Positions 53,558 through 62,756 of a DNA stretch of 64,000 bases are shown piece after piece. Source of the DNA: Candidatus Iainarchaeum sp. Its GTDB lineage: Archaea; Iainarchaeota; Iainarchaeia; JAGGVJ01. Each line of letters starts with the position of its first letter. Within the stretch, counting starts at the first letter, position 1. Made by a program: the position numbers and the translations under genes. The notes under the pieces were generated by a model. That model worked only from the letters and a program-made list of their open reading frames with translations. It had not been told where the DNA came from and did not search any database. The DNA is taken from contig JAGGVJ010000040.1 of the NCBI GenBank assembly GCA_021158055.1, positions 4,114 to 68,113 on the forward strand. Direction: 5' to 3'.

Positions 53558-53729
53558 ACCCCCGATAACCTAAATAATCACATGCGGAATTAAACCGCAT
53601 TAACTTTGTTGCAACAAAAATATAAGTTTTAATAATTGAAACACTTCAGCATATATATTCTTTTTTATATACTGTTATAATACAACACATATCCGGACAC
53701 AAAACCACCATGTCCACCATATACATTGT

Positions 53730-55526
53730 TTAACAACTTTCGCTTGCTGAGCCGGTGCACATGTCACACGACGATACTGACATGAAGTTGTCAACACACT
53801 GGAGATCAAGCCCTTCAACATAAGGCAACGTGCTCCTTGTTGCCCCCTTCCATTCTTCCTTGAGGTCTGCCCTTACACTGTCACTTACACTGTTTTCCCT
53901 TGCCAGTGAAACGCAGAACACAAACGGGACAGAAATGCCCCCGTCATCGGATGTCGTTGAACTCATCGGGGCTTCCATCGGGTGATAAATAATCTGGTTT
54001 TCTTCCGGTTCAAAATGAGTTGTCCCGTAACCCCCCGGTATTCCAAACCCCTTATCCACAATGGTAAAACAGGCATAAGCAGCTTCCGGAACCTGCGCGC
54101 AAAGCGCCGGCTTCAGGTTTACCTGGTCTCCAAAAGGATTTGAAATAATGCCTGATTCAGGGTACTGCACATAAGAAGTGCTTCTTGAGCACCCGTCAAA
54201 AACACCTGCTCCGTTGTCAACAGTGTACCTGAAGTACTTTGTGGGGAAAACCACTTTTTCAAGGAAACCTAAAGAATGCCTGTTTTTACTTGAATTCAGC
54301 CCTTCGCGAATAAAAAACTGCGCGCCTGAAAAAACACCATCAATTTTCCCCCTGTACTCAAGAGTGTCAAAATACAACGGCGCAAATTCAATGTTGCCGG
54401 CACTTGACTTCAGTTCCGAATTATTGCCTGAAAGAACACCCCCTATTTTTTCTGAAACACTGTCCATGTAACTTTCGGCAGTTATCTCGCCTGAAGCATA
54501 AACATCGTCGTATTCTGAATCAAGGCATTTTCTTTCAAAATCCGTTTCAAAATACGGGGGGGTTTTGGGGTCATAGTGCACCCACACCGGCAAAGAAACT
54601 TCCGAAGAATCCGAAACAGCCACTGAAATTTCTTTTGTGCAGTCAAGCCGTGATTTTTTTCCAAAATACTCTGCTTCACCATAAATTTTGCAATCCACAG
54701 GATAATCCGACCCCCTCGTCATGCAATCGCATCCCTGTGCGCCTGTTGATTCCAGGTCGCACAAGCCCCACGGTTTTATTTTACCAGGCCCCTCCAGATT
54801 CAGAATTTCGTCCTGGATCGCAAAGGCAATGTCTGCTGCTTTCATAAACCTTATCGGAACAGGGACAATCAGGCTTCCCTCCGGGATCACAGAACTGACG
54901 CTTTCTTCCCCAGTGAGATTGTTTGTCATGACTATCCGCGCAATCTCATCGTTGCTTAAGTCGGCCGGGGGCTTTATTTCCACTGCAAACGAACCGTCTT
55001 TTGAACTGAAACAATCATCTGGAAAAACAAAAATATTATATCTTGTGAGGCTGCCGACCAATCCAATACTATAGTCCCCGATATTTACAAGGTGTTCTGA
55101 ATCAGTATCTTTAAACTCTCCAACCACGTCAAAAACGCTTGAAGTCATATTTGTCAATAAACTTGTCCTGACACCGGATTCAAAAAAATCCTTCACGACC
55201 GTGCAAAAAGTGCCGCGGTCAGTTGAAACAAAAATGGCTTCTTCAAGGTCGTTGTTAAAATACTTCTTCAAAAACATATTGTGGGTCTGGGCCTTAAACT
55301 GAAAAATCACCGTGTGAATCGCATCCATCCTTGCAAAATCAAGAGTCGCCGACTCCTTCAGAGAAGACTGGTAGTCAACAATGACACTGACCCTGTTTTT
55401 TTCAGTGTTTATTATGTTTACTATCATTACAAGAGCAATTACAAGAATCACCATCCCGACAAGCGGGGTAAACAATGTAAACCCTTTTTTCATCTTTTGC
55501 GACACTGACATACCAGGCAACCAGGT
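53730..55526 (-). CDS. Large (~598 aa) cysteine-rich protein with class III (prepilin-like) signal peptide; candidate filament-associated adhesin
   Basis: From ATG at 55526: MKKTWLPGMSVSQKMKKG|FTLFTPLVGMVILVIALVMIVNII, a charged N-terminus, K-G, then a ~22-aa hydrophobic stretch, which is the archaeal prepilin pattern. More than 20 Cys. The listed ORF extends to 55802 only by reading through a 21-bp tandem duplication and would overlap the neighbouring gene. Confidence 0.6.
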   Translation of the reverse strand, partial: TWLPGMSVSQKMKKGFTLFTPLVGMVILVIALVMIVNIINTEKNRVSVIVDYQSSLKESATLDFARMDAIHTVIFQFKAQTHNMFLKKYFNNDLEEAIFVSTDRGTFCTVVKDFFESGVRTSLLTNMTSSVFDVVGEFKDTDSEHLVNIGDYSIGLVGSLTRYNIFVFPDDCFSSKDGSFAVEIKPPADLSNDEIARIVMTNNLTGEESVSSVIPEGSLIVPVPIRFMKAADIAFAIQDEILNLEGPGKIKPWGLCDLESTGAQGCDCMTRGSDYPVDCKIYGEAEYFGKKSRLDCTKEISVAVSDSSEVSLPVWVHYDPKTPPYFETDFERKCLDSEYDDVYASGEITAESYMDSVSEKIGGVLSGNNSELKSSAGNIEFAPLYFDTLEYRGKIDGVFSGAQFFIREGLNSSKNRHSLGFLEKVVFPTKYFRYTVDNGAGVFDGCSRSTSYVQYPESGIISNPFGDQVNLKPALCAQVPEAAYACFTIVDKGFGIPGGYGTTHFEPEENQIIYHPMEAPMSSTTSDDGGISVPFVFCVSLARENSVSDSVRADLKEEWKGATRSTLPYVEGLDLQCVDNFMSVSSCDMCTGSASESC

Positions 55527-55539
55527 TTTTTTCATTTTA

Positions 55540-55581
55540 ACACCTTTATCTTCAAAAACACTTTGTTTGTCTTCAAAAACA
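55540..55581. repeat. 21-bp tandem duplication (tcttcaaaaacactttgtttg / ...gcttg) in the 5' leader of the pilin-like gene
   Basis: Seen directly. Produces the spurious KQSVFEDKQSVFEDK in the extended ORF. Confidence 0.85.
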
Positions 55582-55608
55582 CTTTGCTTGCACCTTACAT
55601 AAATTGCT

Positions 55609-56250
55609 TTACCTGTCCCTTGCTTTCTGCAAAAACTGTTTTGCCGAAAAACCTGCTTTTTCAAGCCAACCGATATACCTTTCAAGCCACCCAAGGTACC
55701 ATGCGGCATAAAACACAAACGTAAACACAAAAAGGCTTGCCCTGAAAAGCGTATTGTGGGTGAAATCCGCTGCTTCCCAGCCAAACCACACCCCGGTTGC
55801 AAGAGTCAATGCAATGCGGACCGGGTTAAACAAAAGAACTGCAAAAAAGCCAAGCCCCGCGCCGACTGCCCTGCTTTTCAGAGTCCTGTCAGTGCTTGAA
55901 AAGACAGCCGCAAAAAGAACAGCTATTTCAAGGTCGCCTGAGCAAATCCTTGAAATCACTGCCGTGAACGGGTAAAACAGGTCAGAAAAAATCAACGGCG
56001 CAGCCCCTGAAAAAATACCGGGCGTCATTTCTGCCCTGATTCCCAAAACCGCAAGCACTGCAACTGCAGAAACCGCGCTGAATGCCTGCAAAAGAGGGGT
56101 GAGCAAAAGGGAAATCAAAAACGAGACCGCTAAAAAAAGAACTGAAAATAATGCCGTGAACTTTGCTGCCCGGATTAACTCAAAACGAAGAATATTTATT
56201 GGAATACGCACTTTTTTCACCTTATGGGTGAAATGGATAAGGGCAAACAT
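55609..56250 (-). CDS. Exosortase/archaeosortase-family membrane protein (213 aa, short form)
   Basis: Polytopic membrane protein with SRICSGDLEIAVLF (the family's conserved C-S-G active-site Cys region) followed ~38 aa later by FNPVRIALTL (conserved N-x-x-R) and then H (FTHN). The ATG at 56250 overlaps the ATPase start head-to-head, so one of the two starts is probably misplaced. Confidence 0.55.
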   Translation of the reverse strand: MFALIHFTHKVKKVRIPINILRFELIRAAKFTALFSVLFLAVSFLISLLLTPLLQAFSAVSAVAVLAVLGIRAEMTPGIFSGAAPLIFSDLFYPFTAVISRICSGDLEIAVLFAAVFSSTDRTLKSRAVGAGLGFFAVLLFNPVRIALTLATGVWFGWEAADFTHNTLFRASLFVFTFVFYAAWYLGWLERYIGWLEKAGFSAKQFLQKARDR

Positions 56251-58518
56251 GTAATTAAAAGTGAGGGTGGCAAAAAAACCCTTGTAATCGATTACAGGAA
56301 CTCAAAAACCGGGGCAGACATCGCAGAATACGCCGACTGCATGGAACAAGTGCTCTCTCTTTTGAGAACAAACGACGCTGACTTAGTGGTTTTGGCTGAC
56401 CTGTATGAAAGGGTCTACGACGAAAAGCAGACAAAAATGCTCAAAGAAATAGCTGACCTGGCAAATTTGTTTGAAACAGAAAACCTTTGGGGCTACACAT
56501 ATCTCGGAAACGTAAAAACAGAAAGCGAAGTGACTTTAAGCGAGAGGCACAACCTGGTGGTCAAAATTGCCCACGACCTGCTTTTGCGCGACCCGATAAA
56601 GGCATACCTGACTCTTCTTGACACCCTGAAAAAAGAAAAAATGAGAGCAAACGCAGGAGGAAAAACCTATCCCGTCGTGTTCCTGAAAACACTGGTGTTT
56701 GTCAAAAACAAGCTTGAGGCAACCAATCTTATTTCCGTCACAAAAAACCTGATTTTAAGGCTTCACAAAGTCCCGACGGGACGAGGTTTTTATCACTCGT
56801 TTTTTGACGCGCAGATAAAGCCGTCTTTTGTGGGTTCAAGGCTTCTTTTCAAAACCGACGAAAAAGTTGAACTGGTTGACCAGTACAACGTTCTTGACGC
56901 GGAAGTGCGGGTCTACAGGCACCCTGAAAAAATCGCTTTAATGTATTACATCAACCCGCCCGAGTACTCGCTTTCGCCTGAAAAATACTTCATCTTGACA
57001 AAAACAAAAGAAGTCGTTGCAAAATACAGGCCCACAAACACAGAATTTTCAGATGCTTCCCAGTCAAGGAAATACTTCGAGCACATTTACCAGGCAACCA
57101 TAAACGACATTGCAAAAGAAAACAGCATTTCCATCTCACCGCGGGAAAAAGAAGCGCTTGCAAAAATAGTGGCGCGCTACACAATCGGCTACGGCGTGCT
57201 TGAACTCCTGTTGTCTGACAGGAAACTGACAGACGTTTACCTTGATGCGCCTCTCGGAACCAAACCTATTTATGTTGTTCACGGCGAATACGGGCAGTGC
57301 CAGACAAACGTAATCTTCACAAACGAAGAAGCCCGCTCAACAGTATCCCGGCTCAGGGCGCTTTCAGGCAGGCCTTTTGACGAAGCCCACCCTGTCATGG
57401 ACTTTAACCTATCCTCGCTCCAGACAAGGGTCGCAGTCATCGGCCAGCCCCTCAGCCCGCACGGCATAGCGTTTGCGTTGAGGCTTCACAAGACCACTCC
57501 CTGGACTTTGCCCCAGTTCATTGACGCGCACATGATTGACCACCACACAGCAGGCCTTTTGAGCTTTCTCGTGGACTCAAAGGCATCCATGCTCATAACC
57601 GGCTCAAGGGGTTCGGGAAAAAGCTCCATGCTTACCGCGCTCATGCTTGAGATCCTTCAAAACCTGAGAATCATCGTCCAGGAAGACACCCTTGAAATTC
57701 CCGCGCCGTACCTCAAAAGCATCGGCTACAACATCCAGCAGCTCAAAACCCAGAGTGCGATTTCCGTGGGAAGAACCGAAAACGAAGTAAGCCCTGACGA
57801 GGCATTGAGAACAGCGCTTCGTCTGGGTGACTCTGTCCTGATCGTGGGTGAAGTGAGATCAAAAGAAGCAAGAGTGCTTTACGAGGCAATGCGTATCGGC
57901 GCGGTGGGAAACGTTGTCATGGGGACCATTCACGGCGAAAGCGCTTATTCCGTGTGGGACAGGATTGTAAACGACCTTGAAGTGCCGAACACTTCCTTCA
58001 AGGCAACCGACATGGTCCTTGTCCAGGCCCCTGTTAGATTCAAGGGCTCGCTCAAACGGCACAGGAGAGTAATCCAGCTGACTGAAGTGAAAAAGCACTG
58101 GCAAAACGACCCTGCCGCAGAAGAGGGGCTTCTTGACCTGCTCTCTTTTGACGCTTCAAAAGACGGGTGGGACCTGTTAAAGGACAACTTCAAGGACTCC
58201 GAGTACTTCCCGAAACTCAAGCGCACAACCGGCATGAGCATTGAGGAAATATGGAAGGACATAAAACTGCGCGGAGAATCAAAAAAATACCTTGTCGACT
58301 CAAAAAACAAATTTGAAATCCCTGCTCTTCTGGAAGCCGAAAACACTGTTCCGATGAACAACAAATTACTGCTGATGGCTGAAGAAATGCGCAAATCCGG
58401 CGGAGGCATGGACTACGACAAGCTTCTTGAATCATGGAAAAAATGGGTTGACAACCGGTATGTGAAAGAAATAATTGCAAAAAAAAGGCTTGTTTCAACA
58501 CGTAAAATCAAAAGGTGA
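56224..58518 (+). CDS. Type IV pilus/archaellum-type secretion ATPase (FlaI/TadA/GspE/VirB11 superfamily) with ~250-aa N-terminal extension
   Basis: 764 aa. Walker A LITGSRGSGKSSMLTAL, Asp/Walker B box SVLIVGEVRSKEA and His box VVMGTIHGESA. Typical family members are ~450-550 aa. Confidence 0.85.
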   Translation: MGEMDKGKHVIKSEGGKKTLVIDYRNSKTGADIAEYADCMEQVLSLLRTNDADLVVLADLYERVYDEKQTKMLKEIADLANLFETENLWGYTYLGNVKTESEVTLSERHNLVVKIAHDLLLRDPIKAYLTLLDTLKKEKMRANAGGKTYPVVFLKTLVFVKNKLEATNLISVTKNLILRLHKVPTGRGFYHSFFDAQIKPSFVGSRLLFKTDEKVELVDQYNVLDAEVRVYRHPEKIALMYYINPPEYSLSPEKYFILTKTKEVVAKYRPTNTEFSDASQSRKYFEHIYQATINDIAKENSISISPREKEALAKIVARYTIGYGVLELLLSDRKLTDVYLDAPLGTKPIYVVHGEYGQCQTNVIFTNEEARSTVSRLRALSGRPFDEAHPVMDFNLSSLQTRVAVIGQPLSPHGIAFALRLHKTTPWTLPQFIDAHMIDHHTAGLLSFLVDSKASMLITGSRGSGKSSMLTALMLEILQNLRIIVQEDTLEIPAPYLKSIGYNIQQLKTQSAISVGRTENEVSPDEALRTALRLGDSVLIVGEVRSKEARVLYEAMRIGAVGNVVMGTIHGESAYSVWDRIVNDLEVPNTSFKATDMVLVQAPVRFKGSLKRHRRVIQLTEVKKHWQNDPAAEEGLLDLLSFDASKDGWDLLKDNFKDSEYFPKLKRTTGMSIEEIWKDIKLRGESKKYLVDSKNKFEIPALLEAENTVPMNNKLLLMAEEMRKSGGGMDYDKLLESWKKWVDNRYVKEIIAKKRLVSTRKIKR

Positions 58519-58522
58519 AAAA

Positions 58523-60730
58523 GTGCGCGAAAGAAAAAAACAAAACCAGGCAAACAGAAAAACCCGCGACACCGAAAACATTGATGTCAAGCTCCCGGGA
58601 TCACTGATTTACGGGGAGCGCGAAACAGATCCGGTCACAAAAACCGCTGATTCAAAAAAACCAGGAAAAAGCGGTTTTGTGAAATTCTGCAAGTGGAGCT
58701 ACAGGCGCATAAAATCAAAAAACTCCAAATTTGACGAAAAATACAGGCAGGCAATTGACTTTCTCGGCTGGAACCTCACTGCAGACGAGTTTGCTTCAGG
58801 ACAGAAAATGTCTATGGTCCTTGGTTTTGCATTGTCTGCAGTGATTGGACTGTGCGCATCCTACTTTGGCCTGATTTCATTATCAGGCGGCATTTCAATG
58901 GACAATCTTCCATTCCTTGGCATGCTTGCGGTGATTCCGATGGCCGCTTCGGCGATGGTTGTCAAAATGCCTTTAAACGCTGCCGAAACAGAAAAAATGA
59001 ACTCCATGACTTACGTTCCTGAAATCGTAAATTACCTTGTCATGAGCATGAAGCTGTCGCCAAACCTTGAAAAGGCAATCCAGTTTGCTGCAGAGCACGG
59101 GCGGGGAAAGATCGCCGACGATTTCAAAAAGCTGTTGTGGGACGTTGACATCGGAGTATACAACACTGTTGAGGAAGGCCTTGACGACCTCGCGTACAAA
59201 TGGGGGGACTACAGTTCTGTCCTGAAACACGCCTTGATGCAGATTCGCGCTTCAGTGATTGAGGCAAACGATGCAAGGCGCCTTGCGTTGCTTGACAAGG
59301 CGGTAGCCGATGTCATTGAAGGAATCAAGGCGGAAATGAGCACTTACTCGCGAAAACTGCACGCGCCCGCGATTTACCTTTATTACCTCGGGGTCCTCCT
59401 GCCGCTTATGCTTGTGATCATCCTGCCTATCGGCTCCGTGTTTACCGGGGCAGGCCTTGCTGACAGGAACCTCTTGTTTGTGCTCTACAACATAATCATA
59501 CCGACAGCCACTTTCCTTTTTGCAAGAAACCTCCTCAAAAAAAGACCCCCGACTTACACCCCGCCGGTCATCCCCGATGACTTTCCGGGAATCCCCCCAA
59601 AACACAAGTTGTTTTACGGGAAAAACAAAAAAACATTCCCTGTCCTGGCACTTGCAATAATTGCTGCTTTGGCTGTTCTCCTGTTTTCATTCATGGCAAA
59701 CAACACAATTACTCAGCTTAGCTTTTCAGGCACCGACTTTGGCATCGACCCTTTTCACATGGTCACGCTTGAAGAGGCAAAAAACAACATCTGGGGAACT
59801 TTCAACGACACCGGGTTTGAATGGGGCGGAATAAAATATGTCACTCCGATCTGGATGATCTACGGAGTTCTTTTATCGGTTGTTTCCTTTATTTCAGTTT
59901 ACCTTTACTTTGACTCAAAATACAAAAAAGAAGCCCAAGACCACATCAAAAAACTTGAGGACGAATTCAACGACGCGATTTACGTGCTTGCCTCAAGGCT
60001 CGGTGAAAACAGGCCCATGGAAGAAGCCCTTTCCCACTCTGTCAAGTTTTTGGGTCCGGGTTCTCTTGTCGGGACCGAGATTTTTGCAACAATCACCAAA
60101 AACATATCAATGATGGGCCTGACCTTGCGATCCGCAATCTTTGACTCAAATTACGGGGCGCTGAAACATGTTCCCTCCAACCTGATCCAAAGCGCAATGA
60201 CCATCTTAAGCGACTCGGTAGAGCTCGGGACAAACGTTGCGGCGCGCTCGATTATGTCTCTTTCCTCGCAGATCCGGGATTCAAAGAAAATCGACGAGAA
60301 CTTGCGCAAAATGCTTGAGGATCTGACTTCCATGATGAACTCAATGGCGATAATGATTGCCCCCATGGTTCTTGGAATCACCACCGCGCTGCAGAAAATC
60401 GTGCTGAATGCCCTGACCAATATCACAAAAGCGACAAGTCCTGGCGGAGCGAGCGCTGCAATGGGGACAGGCGGAATGGGCAATATGCTCTCAGGCGCAG
60501 GCAGCGCCCAGCAGGCAGCAAACATAATCAACCCCACTGATTTCCTTTTGATAATCGGGTTTTACGTGATTGAGCTTGTCATCATTTTGATGTATTTCAC
60601 CATGAACATCCAGGAAGGGGACAACAAAATAATAGTCAAGATGGCCATTGCAAAAATCCTGCCTGTTGCAATCATATTTTTCATAATAAGCACTCTTCTT
60701 GCAAACAATTTGATAGCAAACGCGGGTTGA
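58523..60730 (+). CDS. Type IV filament platform membrane protein (TadC/FlaJ/PilC-like, T2SS-F type), unusually long
   Basis: ~735 aa. Cytoplasmic basic N-terminus then many TM helices. Immediately downstream of the ATPase and upstream of the pilin genes. The listed ORF starts at TTG 58475, inside the ATPase. GTG 58523 (5 bp after the ATPase stop) or ATG ~58810 are alternatives. Assignment rests mainly on context and topology. Confidence 0.6.
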   Translation: MRERKKQNQANRKTRDTENIDVKLPGSLIYGERETDPVTKTADSKKPGKSGFVKFCKWSYRRIKSKNSKFDEKYRQAIDFLGWNLTADEFASGQKMSMVLGFALSAVIGLCASYFGLISLSGGISMDNLPFLGMLAVIPMAASAMVVKMPLNAAETEKMNSMTYVPEIVNYLVMSMKLSPNLEKAIQFAAEHGRGKIADDFKKLLWDVDIGVYNTVEEGLDDLAYKWGDYSSVLKHALMQIRASVIEANDARRLALLDKAVADVIEGIKAEMSTYSRKLHAPAIYLYYLGVLLPLMLVIILPIGSVFTGAGLADRNLLFVLYNIIIPTATFLFARNLLKKRPPTYTPPVIPDDFPGIPPKHKLFYGKNKKTFPVLALAIIAALAVLLFSFMANNTITQLSFSGTDFGIDPFHMVTLEEAKNNIWGTFNDTGFEWGGIKYVTPIWMIYGVLLSVVSFISVYLYFDSKYKKEAQDHIKKLEDEFNDAIYVLASRLGENRPMEEALSHSVKFLGPGSLVGTEIFATITKNISMMGLTLRSAIFDSNYGALKHVPSNLIQSAMTILSDSVELGTNVAARSIMSLSSQIRDSKKIDENLRKMLEDLTSMMNSMAIMIAPMVLGITTALQKIVLNALTNITKATSPGGASAAMGTGGMGNMLSGAGSAQQAANIINPTDFLLIIGFYVIELVIILMYFTMNIQEGDNKIIVKMAIAKILPVAIIFFIISTLLANNLIANAG

Positions 60731-60738
60731 TCTCAAAA

Positions 60739-61221
60739 ATGAAAAAAACAACAATGCCTGGTTTAAGAGGACAGGAATTTGACATTTTCAAAATACTTCT
60801 CGCAGTCGCTTTCGCGCTTGCCTTGACTGCCATACTTTCCGGTTTTGTCAACAGCTTGTGGGACGAGACCTGTGAGTTTGACAGCAACAAGATAGTGAGC
60901 GCAATCCACGCGGCAAAAGCTGTTCCTGGAGAGGTTTTGAAGATTGAAGACGTCTGCTTTAACAAGGGGAGCAAAATCACTGCCGAATCTTACGCGATTC
61001 AGGCAAAGCTTGTCGGGCGCGACGGGGGATGCATAAAATTCAGCGGCTGCCCAAAACAGGCAACGTGCCCGAACGAATTTGAAGCAGAATTCAACGCAAG
61101 CAACACAAAAGACTTTTTCGTTGTGTGCGGGCGAAGCACTGACCCCGTGTGTGTTTTCGAGCTTCCTGAAAGCGAGTATTATGTGTCGGGATGCACGATT
61201 TACCTTGACGGAAAACCCTGA
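60739..61221 (+). CDS. Pilin-like protein with class III signal peptide (160 aa, Cys-rich)
   Basis: MKKTTMPGLRG|QEFDIFKILLAVAFALALTAILSGF is a prepilin-type N-terminus. 8 Cys in the mature part. Confidence 0.7.
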   Translation: MKKTTMPGLRGQEFDIFKILLAVAFALALTAILSGFVNSLWDETCEFDSNKIVSAIHAAKAVPGEVLKIEDVCFNKGSKITAESYAIQAKLVGRDGGCIKFSGCPKQATCPNEFEAEFNASNTKDFFVVCGRSTDPVCVFELPESEYYVSGCTIYLDGKP

Positions 61222-61395
61222 CAAAAAAACAATAACAATAAATAATATCAAACACAATTCAGTATTCACTAAGAATATTAATCAAATCCAGTATTTGCTA
61301 AAAATATCAATCAATGTCAATACACTAAAATATTACAAAAATATTAAGATATTATCAAAAAAGATATTATAAAAATCTTCAGAAAAGGTGATTCA

Positions 61396-61821
61396 ATGAA
61401 AAACGCTTTGAAAGGACAGGCATTCGACACATTCAAACTGTTGATCGCGGCAATTGTTGCGATTTCCATTCTTGGGGTGATGATGGGAATTATCGGCGGC
61501 ACAACACTGCCCGGTTCAGACCCGAACCACGAGATAAAGAGCAAATTAAGCAGCGCAGTGATAAACGCCGGAAACACCGTGACCACATCCACAATAAAAT
61601 TCAAATTCGGTGACACCTACTGCATCACGGCCTTGAAAGGAAACTCGGGCCTTGACGACGACCAGATTGATTTTGACGTTCAGCACAACGGAATAGAAAT
61701 AAGCCCGGATGACTCCAAATGCATACAGGCAAAAAGCACTGATGTAAACGGGAGAGCAGCAATCAAATGCGACCCGAGCACCGCCACGTGCACAATAACA
61801 ATCAAACCGGCATTGAACTGA
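61396..61821 (+). CDS. Pilin-like protein with class III signal peptide (141 aa)
   Basis: MKNALKG|QAFDTFKLLIAAIVAISILGVMMGI, the same GQxFDxFK(I/L)L motif as the preceding gene. 5 Cys. Confidence 0.7.
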   Translation: MKNALKGQAFDTFKLLIAAIVAISILGVMMGIIGGTTLPGSDPNHEIKSKLSSAVINAGNTVTTSTIKFKFGDTYCITALKGNSGLDDDQIDFDVQHNGIEISPDDSKCIQAKSTDVNGRAAIKCDPSTATCTITIKPALN

Positions 61822-61876
61822 AGCGAAAGCTTGAACAAAACTGAAGCAAAAGCTTAACAAAAAAGAGGTATGAAAA

Positions 61877-62176
61877 ATGAAAAAAGGAGACAGCTCATGG
61901 GGTGCGCTTTACCTGTTGATTGTGCTTGTGATTGCAGCCGTGCTCATAACCACTGTAATAAAGCCCATGTTCAGCCAGTCGCAGGAAGCCGTGACTTCAA
62001 AAAAACTCCCTTCCTCAATGGGATTGATCGGACTGGCTGCCGTTTTCAGCAAAAGGCAGGAAAACACTGTTCTGGAAAAGCGCGCTGAAGACACAAGCAC
62101 ACCCCCAAAAAAAAACCTTGTTCAAACCTGTTTCACAGCATTTTCAAGTGTGCCAAATGCCAGCGCACAAGGGTGA
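61877..62176 (+). CDS. Small pilin-like protein (99 aa), possible minor pilin
   Basis: MKKG|DSSWGALYLLIVLVIAAVLITTVI hydrophobic N-terminus after K-G. Weaker match than its neighbours. Confidence 0.45.
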   Translation: MKKGDSSWGALYLLIVLVIAAVLITTVIKPMFSQSQEAVTSKKLPSSMGLIGLAAVFSKRQENTVLEKRAEDTSTPPKKNLVQTCFTAFSSVPNASAQG

Positions 62177-62180
62177 ACCG

Positions 62181-62756
62181 ATGCGCCGCCTGCACGGACA
62201 AGAAGAAGCGCCGATTGAGCTTCTGGTCGGGATAATCATGTTCATAATGGTCTCTGTCCTTGCCATCCAGGTAACGACAAGCATAAACAATTCCATCTGC
62301 AGCGAAAAACTGAACAAGGCACAGATTGACATTTCCTCAAACCTCAAAAGTGCGCTTACAGGCTCAGAATTCACTGTGCAGACCTTTTCGGTTGACATCC
62401 CAAGCTGTCCTGAAAAAAAAATAAAAAGCCTGAACATAGAAAAAATAACCGACCCCAACATCTGCCAGATTTACTGCCGGCCGACCAAAAACACCTGCTG
62501 GATGACAGTGCTTGAAGTGCACGGCGAAACAGAAGGGGAAATAGAAAAAGAATTCATGTGCATCAACATCTCGCCTGAAACAGAAATAATCCCGGAAGAC
62601 GACGAAGACCTGTGCAACTGGGACAAAATGAGGCAAAAAACAGGCATAACAAGCACAACACCTCTTGAGCAGTTAAACCTGGGCCCCGCCTACTACAAAT
62701 TCACTTTCAAAAGAGACACCGGAATGACCCCAAAAATAAAGGTGTGCATTGAATGA
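62181..62756 (+). CDS. Pilin-like protein with class III signal peptide (191 aa, Cys-rich)
   Basis: From the internal ATG: MRRLHG|QEEAPIELLVGIIMFIMVSVLAI. 8 Cys. The listed ORF start (62118) would overlap the previous gene. Confidence 0.6.
   Translation: MRRLHGQEEAPIELLVGIIMFIMVSVLAIQVTTSINNSICSEKLNKAQIDISSNLKSALTGSEFTVQTFSVDIPSCPEKKIKSLNIEKITDPNICQIYCRPTKNTCWMTVLEVHGETEGEIEKEFMCINISPETEIIPEDDEDLCNWDKMRQKTGITSTTPLEQLNLGPAYYKFTFKRDTGMTPKIKVCIE

Noticed and set aside
55527-55802. Upstream 92 codons of the 690-aa ORF (MQPGCGLAG...KQSVFEDKQSVFEDK)
   Set aside because: This part reads through a 21-bp tandem duplication and would overlap the archaeosortase-family gene. The downstream ATG gives a clean class-III signal peptide.
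55609-56250. Possible prepilin peptidase (PibD/FlaK) identity for the 213-aa membrane protein
   Set aside because: It lacks the paired catalytic Asp motifs (for example GxGGGDxK). Instead it has the C-S-G ... N-x-x-R ... H pattern of the exosortase/archaeosortase family.
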